Assembly: GCA_038889235.1 (NCBI GenBank)
Contig: JAWAHN010000001.1
Coordinates: 734,499 to 766,498 of the forward strand
Length of the DNA stretch: 32,000 bases
Direction of reading: 5' to 3'
Source: Candidatus Jordarchaeales archaeon
GTDB taxonomy: Archaea > Asgardarchaeota > Jordiarchaeia > Jordiarchaeales > Freyrarchaeaceae
Part shown: piece by piece, positions 16,403-27,118 of the stretch
Layout: every line of letters starts with the position of its first letter
Numbering within the stretch: the stretch's first letter is position 1
The notes under the pieces: generated by a model
What the model saw: the letters and a program-made list of their open reading frames with translations, nothing else
Told to the model about the DNA's origin: nothing
The model's database searches: none
Position numbers and translations under genes: made by a program

Positions 16403-17533
16403 TTAGAAATGTTTAACGATAATGTTTCCTTCATTGTCTTCTAGTGTAACCTGATATTTTTCGGCTTGCACATTGTAATCAAATGATTTTTCTTCGTTGG
16501 GAAGCAATTCGGCTATGCCATAAACATATGGTTTGACTTCAAATAGTTCTTCTTTAATTGCATTCACACGTACCGTGACACCCTTTAGAACTCTGGAAGA
16601 CACATTTTTGACAATGAATTTTACCTTCGAGTCCTCCCTTTTTACTGAAATTACAATGGAGTGGGGGTCTAGCGGTTTAAATGGTTTAGCTTTCTCAGCT
16701 GCTTCCTCAAATATTTTCTCTACTACCCGTTCTTCTGTAACAACATTTATTGGAATCTGGAACATTACGGATTCCCCACTAGTTCTTAGGCATTCTACTT
16801 CAAGATACCACCTGGAATACGCTCCGAACACTAGAGACCAGAAGGTAACCTCTGGAGGTTCCCAGAGATAGTTATAACTCGGCTCCGCATAAGCAGGTAT
16901 CTTTATCGTTACGACGCCTGACCCTGGATTCAATTCCTCAACAGAAAGAACTTTCTCCTTAGGGTGCCTTTTAACGTACGCGCACACAGTCTTGTACCGG
17001 GGACAAGCGCACGTTATGTTAGACTCGTGAATTAGGTCGACCTTCATCGTCCTAACATTTTGTACAGAGTATTTTAGTTTAATTTCTTCTCCTGGTTTAA
17101 AGGTGTCCTTCTCTAAAGAGAAGGACATTCCTTTAATATTCATGGAGACTGGCGTCGCCTCGGCAAAAACCCTGGCTAATAATGTTACGGGTTTTTCAGA
17201 GGATAATCGCCATTCTTCTTCCCGCGTGCCAGGCTTTTTCATGGAGAGTATAGCTCTCAAGAAGTAGCTAACCTTGTTGGGAATTGATGGAACAACGCGC
17301 CTGCTAATTACTAGCTCTCGTGAACGCACATATTCGCCTTTTTTGAGTTCACCTTCGCAGAAGATATTACTGTTAGCTACGGTTAGCTCGTTTCCGCAGG
17401 GAAGTTTTGTGAACAAAGAAATGTTACCGTTCCATATCTCCGTGTCACTGTCTATGTCGAAGACAGCTTTAACTTTTAATGAACCACCTACTTCTGCAAC
17501 GTCCCCCGAAAACAACCTTATCGACATAGCCAT
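16403..17533 (-). CDS. Putative arrestin/Vps26-fold protein with an extra C-terminal beta-sandwich domain
   Basis: Two tandem beta-rich repeats ending in arrestin-like patterns (VVPSIPNKVSYFLRA; AEPSY...SRWYLEVE...FQIPINV; EKDTFKPGEEI). Fold assignment by pattern only. Confidence 0.55.
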   Translation of the reverse strand: MAMSIRLFSGDVAEVGGSLKVKAVFDIDSDTEIWNGNISLFTKLPCGNELTVANSNIFCEGELKKGEYVRSRELVISRRVVPSIPNKVSYFLRAILSMKKPGTREEEWRLSSEKPVTLLARVFAEATPVSMNIKGMSFSLEKDTFKPGEEIKLKYSVQNVRTMKVDLIHESNITCACPRYKTVCAYVKRHPKEKVLSVEELNPGSGVVTIKIPAYAEPSYNYLWEPPEVTFWSLVFGAYSRWYLEVECLRTSGESVMFQIPINVVTEERVVEKIFEEAAEKAKPFKPLDPHSIVISVKREDSKVKFIVKNVSSRVLKGVTVRVNAIKEELFEVKPYVYGIAELLPNEEKSFDYNVQAEKYQVTLEDNEGNIIVKHF

Positions 17534-17559
17534 AACCCAGGAAAGTTTTTAGAGGGAGG

Positions 17560-18474
17560 CTATCTTTCTGCATGCGCTCTTACAACAAGATCTGCAAATA
17601 CTTCCATATCCTTTAACAGTGTTCTTATTTTTTCTTCATCTTCTTCTCTAAGTTTACCAGTCTTCATTATGATGACTGCCAGGATGTACTTGAAGAGATT
17701 CAATATTAACTCCTTACTTCCGTCTATGGGTTTCCCTGTAAAGACTGCTGAGTCTGCCATGAAGAAGTTTTCTCGGAGATTGTTGCAAGCTACAATGAAG
17801 TCCCTTAGGTCAACTCTAAGCTGTAAGCCAGTACTTACTCCCTGAACATTGTGGACGATAACATTACCGGCAGTATCGCTTATAATCACCTTTGCAGGTA
17901 TTTCCGCTAATTGTTTTTGCGCGTTTTCAAGGTGTTTTTGAAGCTCTTCATAATGAGCCACTAAAATATCCCTAAATATTTCAGCGAGCCTTTCTTGCTC
18001 GTAAATAGAAGTTACATAATATTTTGCGCCCCATTCGTCAAATATTTCGCTAAAAATGCGTTTGGCGTCATTCAGGTTTTTCTCTAACAGCTCTTTGGCA
18101 TAATCCTTAGAGTCGTATTTGTGCAAGAAGACGTAAATGGTAGGCTTAATTCCCTCCTTTTTGAAGAACTCTAGGACTTTTTTGAAATAGTTTTTAGCAG
18201 CATCAAATTTCTCTGGACTGTGGAGGTCTATAACAGGGATGAGAATATCTGTTCCAGCAAAGACTTTGGGGTCCTCTAAATACGACTCGATGTATTGTTC
18301 TTGTCCTCCAAAGTCAAATAAGCTAATGTCGAGGCCTAAAAACGGGTGTCGGCGCACTTCGTACATAACTGTGGGAGCAATTCCCTTCGTCTCCTGAGGT
18401 TTTTTACCAGCAAATGTGGTGAGATATATGCTAGTTTTTCCACTACCAGCTAGTCCTATAAGTGATATTTTCAT
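17560..18474 (-). CDS. Rag/Gtr-like small GTPase with C-terminal roadblock/longin-like domain
   Basis: G1 GLAGSGKTS, G2 APTV, G3 DFGGQ and G4 LHKYD (the HKxD form typical of Rag/Gtr). The C-terminal ~120 aa starts VIISDTAGNVIVH and ends in a helix. Confidence 0.8.
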   Translation of the reverse strand: MKISLIGLAGSGKTSIYLTTFAGKKPQETKGIAPTVMYEVRRHPFLGLDISLFDFGGQEQYIESYLEDPKVFAGTDILIPVIDLHSPEKFDAAKNYFKKVLEFFKKEGIKPTIYVFLHKYDSKDYAKELLEKNLNDAKRIFSEIFDEWGAKYYVTSIYEQERLAEIFRDILVAHYEELQKHLENAQKQLAEIPAKVIISDTAGNVIVHNVQGVSTGLQLRVDLRDFIVACNNLRENFFMADSAVFTGKPIDGSKELILNLFKYILAVIIMKTGKLREEDEEKIRTLLKDMEVFADLVVRAHAER

Positions 18475-18539
18475 CCAATTCCCTCCTTTAATTTACCGGC
18501 TTAAAAAAGGAAGAGATGACAGCTTTAAACGTTTCCATT

Positions 18540-20039
18540 TTACTCTTTGCCCTCTGTCTCCTTTTTTCCTCCTTTTTCAAGTTCAGCTAAGGAGAGGCGC
18601 TTTACGAATATCGGACCTCGCTTAGTGGCGACCCTTATCATGTATTCTCTATCATTTGGCATGCGCGGATACCTAAACTCGAGTTCTTCTGAGGGGTGCC
18701 ACATCTCGATGTCGGTCGTCCAAGCATTTGTTTCAAAGAATTCGTCAACATGGGATATCCGTACATTTAAATCGTAAAGAACTTGCCCTGAATTGTTTTG
18801 AAGAATAACTAGAAACTCTTGTCCATTGCTTGTCAATGACGCGTTCGCTATCTTAATTGGGGGTTTAACGGATGGCGCAACAACTTCAACGGCTTCCTTT
18901 TCAAGTGGTATAGGGCCAGCCCGCAATTCTAGTTCGGCCAGCGGCACTCCAGGGACTCTTACAACGTATGTTCGCCGCTTCTTGGTGGTGTAAAGCTGAA
19001 CTTTTTTAATCCTTGCTAGGTTAAGGACGCTTGTAAGACCCTTCCTATCAAGCGGCTCGAGTTCGATGTAACCATTATCCATAGCGTTAAATAAGAGTTC
19101 TAAGGCGATAGGAGATCTCACGAGAACAGTTGAGTATCCTTCAGGAGTGCCAACGCTGCCGACGGATATGTCCGCGTCCTCGGAAGTTAAGTCAGAACAG
19201 AAATAACAACTTGGTGCTCTGTACTTGTCTAACTTGCTCAACGGGTATGATGCCACTTTACCTTCACCGTAGTAAATGTTAAACTTTCCAGCTGAGATAC
19301 TCATCTTCGAAATAGATGCTAAGGGTATGCCCTCTTCTTCTTCGAAGAAGGATTTTAGACCCTCGTATGAAAAGGCATCCATGCAGAACAATCCTATCTT
19401 CAGTATATTTGCCTTCATTAAGAAGCGAAGCATTCCAGCGGGGAACTGGTATATTTTCTTTACTGCAGAAATGTTGCATGGAGTGCCGACAAATGCTAAA
19501 GATTTTAGACCTCGCTTTATAGCGTCAACTAGAGCTTTAACAGTATAGCTGTGCGAATAAACACTGCCAGCACCTTCCAGTATTTCTTCCTCGGTAGTGG
19601 CTATAGTTGCTACAGGTTTCCAAGGCTCTTCTTTACTTTTGTGAGTTACTATTGCTCCGTCAATCAACCCCTCTCTTAGAGCATAGAGAAGCAGTCCAGT
19701 AACTACTCCACCATCCTGCCCGTGAACACCATTGATTTTGCATTTGGCTTTGTAAGCAGATATGAAACACCCTATTAAGTCATTTACATGGGTTTTCGTT
19801 CGGGGGCAAACATTGTAACATACACCACATGCCGTACATTTTCCCTTAAGCGTCGGCTTCCCATTAACCATCTCTAGCGCGTTTTCGGGACAAGATGCTA
19901 CACAGGCTGTGCATTCTGTGCAAACCCCAGAAAGTATAACGTGACTTTGAAGGCGAGAAAAGTTTTCAAACTTTCTCTCTTTCAAAACGCGCTCTGGATA
20001 GAAGTAACTCACCTGCGCTTCTTCGTTGGACAACGACAA
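18540..20039 (-). CDS. Second FrhB-family oxidoreductase (ferredoxin + FrhB) with a ~100-aa C-terminal beta-sandwich appendage
   Basis: CTECTACVASCP, CTACGVCYNVCP, GQDGGVVT, VGTPCN, IGLFCMD, CYFCSDL and DISVGSVG. Residues ~394-494 are homologous to the C-terminus of 27119..28228. Confidence 0.88.
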   Translation of the reverse strand: MSLSNEEAQVSYFYPERVLKERKFENFSRLQSHVILSGVCTECTACVASCPENALEMVNGKPTLKGKCTACGVCYNVCPRTKTHVNDLIGCFISAYKAKCKINGVHGQDGGVVTGLLLYALREGLIDGAIVTHKSKEEPWKPVATIATTEEEILEGAGSVYSHSYTVKALVDAIKRGLKSLAFVGTPCNISAVKKIYQFPAGMLRFLMKANILKIGLFCMDAFSYEGLKSFFEEEEGIPLASISKMSISAGKFNIYYGEGKVASYPLSKLDKYRAPSCYFCSDLTSEDADISVGSVGTPEGYSTVLVRSPIALELLFNAMDNGYIELEPLDRKGLTSVLNLARIKKVQLYTTKKRRTYVVRVPGVPLAELELRAGPIPLEKEAVEVVAPSVKPPIKIANASLTSNGQEFLVILQNNSGQVLYDLNVRISHVDEFFETNAWTTDIEMWHPSEELEFRYPRMPNDREYMIRVATKRGPIFVKRLSLAELEKGGKKETEGKE

Positions 20040-20139
20040 GCTCTTTCACCACCTTAAACCAGAAGGACGCCATAAATTTCAGAAAATATAGACGAGTAAG
20101 TTAGATATAAAAATTATTGAAGGAAGCGCTTTTGCGCCG

Positions 20140-22689
20140 TTAATTGCTCGAGCTGCTTTTTCTCTGCAGAAAGCTTAACATTATTAATGACAGCGTGAAC
20201 ATGCTGAGGAAAACGGGAGGCAGCCAAATGTTTCTCTGAGTAATTATTAGAGGAAGTTCTAGGACTAGTTTGTGCTCGGTGATCAGCAGTGAAACTACAT
20301 CAGACATGTATGTTTCTCCGTTCCCTGTTACAGCTACCGCATAAATGAGTACTCGGTCATCTCTAAGTTTTAGCGTATCAAACTGAAGAGATGCAACGTT
20401 TCCTAGTGAAGTGTTGGTGAAATTTTCTCGATCAGTTACTACCATAATTGTTAAGCTTACGATGTCATAAGGATGCGTTGCTGTAACGTTTAGAGAAACT
20501 GTTTTGCCCTTTTCTACTTTCGTTGGAAGGGTGATGTTAAATTGTGGTGGAGTCGGGGAGTTAGCGAGCCACTTACACAGAGATTTGAATAGTTGAACAT
20601 TATCTTTCTCCAGTATAACATCGTCCTTCAAAAAATCAAGATCCGAAAGGAATGCCACTCTCCCGCGCCCCCAGTTTATGCAAGATCCAACTATTATAGA
20701 TTCTTGAGCGACAATTATGGGTCTTCCACCATCTATTTTCCCATGGTCTTTCAGAAGAACCTCTTTTGCCCTGAACGTTTGAGGGGACTTAATACATCTG
20801 GCGGTTGTAAAGCCTGTTTTGCTGCAAATTGAAAACGACACATTGAAAAGTGATGAGAGGATATTTAGGTATTCCAACGAGTCGGGATCATTTTCTCCTA
20901 TTAGCAAAAGTCCGCCTCCAGACATCACAAAGTCAAGTATCGCACTAACCTCACTTTCAGTGTAGTTCCGTGAGGGACAATATATCACAAGTATGTGAAA
21001 TCCTTCAAGGACTTCTGGTGTCACTTGGCTGTCGTAGAGTGCTTGGAAGTAGAGGAGACTCGCATTTAGTATGGCCCTAAGCTTTGACGTGTTGTTCCAG
21101 AATTCCATGTAGTGGGAGCTTTCATGGTGGTATTCGTCGACAAGTATCCTTATTGGGGTACCGACTACAATGGATGTTTGAGCGGGAGCGAAACCTTCCT
21201 TAGTTACTGTTACGACATATACTCCCTGTTCTGGACATGGAAAGTGTATTTCTCCGTTTTTATCCGTGAGATAGACTCGGTAGTAGTCTCGTCCCTGTAA
21301 ACATACGAGGGCACCACTAACAACACTGCTTCCGTCTGAAACCTTAATTATTGCCCTCTTTCCCGGAGCCAAATTTCCTTCAACTGAAATTTTCAGGTCT
21401 CTCATTGGTCCACAGCATATTGGCACTTCTGGGTCTCCTAGGAGAATGTACTCGACAAACAGTTGAGCGCGATTTACATCGCGCTCAACTAAACTTCTGT
21501 GAGTTAAGTAGAACTCTTTCTTGGACTCGTACAGTGCATACCCCGGACGGTGGGTGAACGGCGGACTTGAACTGAAGAAAAGCTTGAAAAAGAGGTGATC
21601 GAGAAACGTGTCTGCGGCGTCATCAATAGTATCACCGCCAAACGTTATTCTAGTTGGCGCTATAACAGCTATAGCGCCACCGCAAGGGTTTTTCAGTAAA
21701 GCTTCAGCAATGGAGTCACTTGAGTAATCTATGCGTCCTGCTTCACATGCCGATATGAAGAACAGCGGGAGACGAGGGCCATTAGAAAGTCGGGCGGCAG
21801 ACGCTGAGTTTAAGAAAATGGGAAGGTGAGAAGAGCAGTAAAGTGCCGTAGGGCTTCCGTGAGAACATATATCAACTATTGAGGCGCCCCCCTCAACTAT
21901 TTCTATAAAACTCGTGAGGTTGCTAAAATTTCTTTTAGTGTCATAAGCAAGGAGTATCATTTCTAACGGGGGTAGAGGTATGGATCCGACGGATGCAAGC
22001 TTAGCCCTCCACCCTTGAATGTCTTGCAATGAATTTATTTCGCCACCTGCGAGGACAAACTTGTTAAGCCATTCAGTGTTATGCATGTAGAGGTATTTTT
22101 CGTAAGTTAACGTCTTATTTATGAAGACATTTAACTCGTCGGTTGTGGAAACAGGTATCCTTCCCACGTAAAGTTCAGGCATCCAATCTATTTCTCCGGG
22201 CTCACCGTATTCTCCATCCATATCGTTGTCGAATGAGCCGTCGAGAGCAGCGTAGTAGTAGTCCGATGGCACTTTATTAGTACCAATAGTAAAGTTTCTT
22301 ATCGGAACTTTGTCGACGTCTCCTACCAGGAGAACCCATTGTATCCCTTTTGAACGGTATAAGTCTTTTAGAAAGTTACGTATTTTTGAAGCATTATCTT
22401 CTCCTGCATAGTTCTGGTATATGTAGTCGGTAGTGTATATCTCCGTTGGGATGCCTTTATATGTTTTCCATTCGGCGAGTGGAGTAACGGCATTAACCCA
22501 GTTTGAGTCACCTAATATGATCACGTACTTAGTGATGTTAAAAGTTAACAATGCAGGAGTGTATGGAGGGGGGACAGGAGAAAGCTGGTGAAACGAGTAG
22601 ATTTGCAGGGGTTGGTTTGGAACAAGTAAAGATAGCGCAATAAGTGCTAAGAAGAGAGGAAGCCAAGTTTTTTTGTTCGTTTCGAACAC
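20140..22689 (-). CDS. Secreted, membrane-anchored C25 (gingipain-like) cysteine peptidase
   Basis: N-terminal signal peptide; AEWKTYKG, VLLVGD, SDYYYA and LYVGRIP motifs; catalytic SHG and SACE; later GGGLLLIGE domain; C-terminal transmembrane helix with a basic tail. Confidence 0.85.
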   Translation of the reverse strand: MFETNKKTWLPLFLALIALSLLVPNQPLQIYSFHQLSPVPPPYTPALLTFNITKYVIILGDSNWVNAVTPLAEWKTYKGIPTEIYTTDYIYQNYAGEDNASKIRNFLKDLYRSKGIQWVLLVGDVDKVPIRNFTIGTNKVPSDYYYAALDGSFDNDMDGEYGEPGEIDWMPELYVGRIPVSTTDELNVFINKTLTYEKYLYMHNTEWLNKFVLAGGEINSLQDIQGWRAKLASVGSIPLPPLEMILLAYDTKRNFSNLTSFIEIVEGGASIVDICSHGSPTALYCSSHLPIFLNSASAARLSNGPRLPLFFISACEAGRIDYSSDSIAEALLKNPCGGAIAVIAPTRITFGGDTIDDAADTFLDHLFFKLFFSSSPPFTHRPGYALYESKKEFYLTHRSLVERDVNRAQLFVEYILLGDPEVPICCGPMRDLKISVEGNLAPGKRAIIKVSDGSSVVSGALVCLQGRDYYRVYLTDKNGEIHFPCPEQGVYVVTVTKEGFAPAQTSIVVGTPIRILVDEYHHESSHYMEFWNNTSKLRAILNASLLYFQALYDSQVTPEVLEGFHILVIYCPSRNYTESEVSAILDFVMSGGGLLLIGENDPDSLEYLNILSSLFNVSFSICSKTGFTTARCIKSPQTFRAKEVLLKDHGKIDGGRPIIVAQESIIVGSCINWGRGRVAFLSDLDFLKDDVILEKDNVQLFKSLCKWLANSPTPPQFNITLPTKVEKGKTVSLNVTATHPYDIVSLTIMVVTDRENFTNTSLGNVASLQFDTLKLRDDRVLIYAVAVTGNGETYMSDVVSLLITEHKLVLELPLIITQRNIWLPPVFLSMFTLSLIMLSFLQRKSSSSN

Positions 22690-22880
22690 CCCTACGTTAG
22701 AGTTATTTCAAGATTATTGATTTCATTTTAGAACTCCCAAAGAAAAATAAATTTCGCTTTAACTTCTAGGATGTTTAAAAACATTACGTAGCTCTTTCAA
22801 CGTATTATGTGACAAAAAAATTAAAAGCCGCAACTTACTATTGACTAAACTGCTTGCTGTTAAGAGGAGGGAGCAGTTGG

Positions 22881-23735
22881 TTGAGGAAGATTTCCCCGTT
22901 GTATGTCCCGGTGAATGCGACTAGGGAAGAAATAGAGGAACTTTTGCCATGCGAGATCGCCATTATAGGTGGAACCGGAAACTACGATCCGGCGATATTC
23001 TCGGTTACAAAAGAAATCAAAGTGTATACGCCGTACGGGCCGCCTTCAGACAACATAATTGTAGGACTTGTAAAGGGAAGAAAGGTAGCTTTCCTTGCAA
23101 GGCATGGAAGGTATCACACGATACCTCCACATGAAATAAATTATAGGGCAAACATATGGGCGCTGAAGAGTCTAGGCGTGCAAAGAATAATTTCGCCAGC
23201 TGCGTGTGGAAGCTTGCAACCAGAAAAAATAAAGCCTGGAGAGTTTGTTATAGTCGACCAAATCTTTGATAGAACATTCGGGCAGAGGAAGGACACGTTT
23301 TTCGAGGGGGGAGTCGTAGGACATGTGGAGTTTGCGGAGCCGTTCTGTCCCGAGTTAAGAAGAGTAATAATAGAGTGTGCTCGTGAGCTTAACTACAAAG
23401 TGCATGACGGAGGGACTTATGTATGCATAAATGGCCCTAGATTTTCGTCTAGGGCGGAAAGTCTCTTTTATAAGAGCCAAGGATTCTCCGTGGTTGGTAT
23501 GACCGCTTACCCAGAGTGTGTCTTAGCTAAAGAGGCTGAGATATGCTTTGCTACTATAGCTATGCCAACAGACGTCGATGTCTACGGCCTGAGGCCAGTT
23601 ACAGCGGACCAGGTTGCGAAAAGCATGCGCGAAAACATTGATAAAGTAAGAAAGTTAATCGCTAAAGTCATTGAAGCGATACCTAAAGAGAGAAAGTGTT
23701 CATGCGGCAAAGTTTTAGACTTTGCGCTTTACTAA
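22881..23735 (+). CDS. mtnP: S-methyl-5'-thioadenosine phosphorylase (MTAP/PNP family)
   Basis: IIGGTG, FLARHG, NYRANIWAL, GPRFSSRAES, VVGMT and TDVD motifs. Start moved to TTG 22881 after a GAGGAGG RBS. Confidence 0.9.
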   Translation: MRKISPLYVPVNATREEIEELLPCEIAIIGGTGNYDPAIFSVTKEIKVYTPYGPPSDNIIVGLVKGRKVAFLARHGRYHTIPPHEINYRANIWALKSLGVQRIISPAACGSLQPEKIKPGEFVIVDQIFDRTFGQRKDTFFEGGVVGHVEFAEPFCPELRRVIIECARELNYKVHDGGTYVCINGPRFSSRAESLFYKSQGFSVVGMTAYPECVLAKEAEICFATIAMPTDVDVYGLRPVTADQVAKSMRENIDKVRKLIAKVIEAIPKERKCSCGKVLDFALY

Positions 23736-23808
23736 CTCAAAAGCTTTTTAAACACTTCTTCTTTACCACTATTCTGCGTAACTGTTCACTAAAAAAGGGT
23801 GACATTAG

Positions 23809-25589
<1,781 letters not shown>

Positions 25590-25703
25590 TCTAGTCTCTG
25601 GCCTCTTTTCCCCGCCTAAATGGCGAAGTTTTCGGACGTGTAAGCAATTACAAAAACAACGCAGGCAAAAATTCATGAAAAATTTGCCCAAAAAGAAAGT
25701 TAG

Positions 25704-26303
25704 TTAAGTTATTATTTTCCTACGTTTCCTTTCCTTAAAAATAGTGTCTTTCCGCCTGTACAATTTTTTAACCATATTGGGCGACAATTTTGCGAACTTA
25801 AGTAGTTTTATAAAAACAGACTTGTTCGGCTTGGATGACACTTCAAGAGGGAGTGCTTCGTATCCGTCACTCGTAACTCTATAAATGCTGCAACTTTTCC
25901 CATTGATTCCGGACCTTTTATATTCCATCGGGTCGACAATTAGAGCAACCGCGTATGGAAAAAGCGATTGGTAAACGCGTTGAGTTTCAATGTCAGTTAT
26001 CGACATGAAATCTGCGCCCATCCCGGGATGACTATGCCACCATCCAACTATGACACTTTTAACTTCTCCTAGCTTATCTGTTAGTTCAGCCATAGAGCCG
26101 AAATCCAAAACTACACATGTCCTTCTACTTTCTCCACGTACCCAGACGCTATCAACTATTATAACACGGTCGTTCTCCACGCGTCCCAGGAGGAAGCCAG
26201 CTATTTCAACGTCACGGTTATCAAGTGCTGCACGAAGTATTTTAGATAACGCCACTTGAGAAAGGATAACTCTCAACGCCGCCGCCCTCACTAAATGAAT
26301 CAA
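25704..26303 (-). CDS. JAB1/MPN (JAMM) metalloprotease, Rpn11/CSN5-like
   Basis: EIAGFLLG, VGWWHSHPG...MSITD and DIETQ...AVALIVDP. Start uncertain. Confidence 0.85.
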   Translation of the reverse strand: MIHLVRAAALRVILSQVALSKILRAALDNRDVEIAGFLLGRVENDRVIIVDSVWVRGESRRTCVVLDFGSMAELTDKLGEVKSVIVGWWHSHPGMGADFMSITDIETQRVYQSLFPYAVALIVDPMEYKRSGINGKSCSIYRVTSDGYEALPLEVSSKPNKSVFIKLLKFAKLSPNMVKKLYRRKDTIFKERKRRKIIT

Positions 26304-26350
26304 TACATAATTGTTTAACGCTTGTCCACTTAAATTTTTTAAAGCGAAAC

Positions 26351-26358
26351 ATTAATAA
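26351..26358 (+). promoter_or_regulatory. TATA box of tRNA-Glu gene
   Basis: ATTAATAA preceded by GCGAAAC, 30-37 nt upstream of the mature 5' end. Confidence 0.45.
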
Positions 26359-26387
26359 ACGACACTTTTAACCGGAATTACTCGAGT

Positions 26388-26524
26388 GCCTCGGTGGTGT
26401 AGCCACCCTATAGGCTGCAACGGCCAAGCATAAGGGGCTCAAGGTTCATAACCTGCCCACTCGACCCCTAGACCCGGGTTAGTCTTTAAGGACTAAGGGA
26501 ATTCAAATCCCGGCCGAGGCACCA
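26388..26524 (+). tRNA. tRNA-Glu(CUC) with three introns (17/17a, 34/35 inside the anticodon, 53/54)
   Basis: Removing 26405-26420, 26441-26460 and 26479-26501 gives 78 nt: GCCTCGGTGGTGTAGCC|CGGCCAAGCATAAGGGGCTC|TCGACCCCTAGACCCGGG|TTCAAATCCCGGCCGAGGCACCA. The 34/35 intron has a perfect GGGC/GCCC central helix and an AGGTT/AACCT inner helix. Confidence 0.9.
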
Positions 26525-26637
26525 CTTCCTTTTCTCGTAACAAAAGGCTGTCATTAAGTGACATTCCGTTTAACTAATAAATACAGGAAAACATTATTAT
26601 GTGTATTTTGAGGTTAAAATAAGGAAGGGGGCTAACT

Positions 26638-27099
26638 GTGCAAAACGAGAAACGCTCCTTTTCCATTTTGGACATCGCTATGAGAGAAATAGTCACCTGC
26701 AACGAGGACGACAGCTTGAGCAAGGTAGCTCAACTTATGGTCGACAACTGGGTGAGCAGCGTATTTGTTGTTAACCATGAGGGGAAGATCGTAGGAATAA
26801 TAACAGATGGAGCAATATTTAGATTGATAGCAAAAGAAGAAGACCCGCGGAAATATAAAGCCAAAGACATAATGTTTCGTGACATAATTACTGTTAGCGA
26901 AAACGCATCGCTTGATGAAATCAAAGATTTGTTCGAAAAAACTAAGATAAAAAGGGTCGGAGTAGTCGACAAAAATGGAAATATTATCGGAGTAATAAGT
27001 AAGAAATGGATTAATGGATTTAAGAGATATGCGCGCTACTATAACATAGAACTTCAACCCGTATCTTCACCGTCCCAAGACAAAACGGAACAATACTAA
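26638..27099 (+). CDS. CBS-pair domain protein
   Basis: Two CBS repeats (SVFVVNHEGKIVGIITDGAI; RVGVVDKNGNIIGVISK). Confidence 0.88.
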   Translation: MQNEKRSFSILDIAMREIVTCNEDDSLSKVAQLMVDNWVSSVFVVNHEGKIVGIITDGAIFRLIAKEEDPRKYKAKDIMFRDIITVSENASLDEIKDLFEKTKIKRVGVVDKNGNIIGVISKKWINGFKRYARYYNIELQPVSSPSQDKTEQY

Positions 27100-27118
27100 G
27101 GTACATTGAGGGTTAAGG

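Noticed and set aside
26438-26464. tRNA-Leu(CAA) with a canonical 37/38 intron
   Set aside because: No BHB pairing (CTCA vs CACT), short variable loop and a Glu-type body; the 34/35 BHB is perfect.
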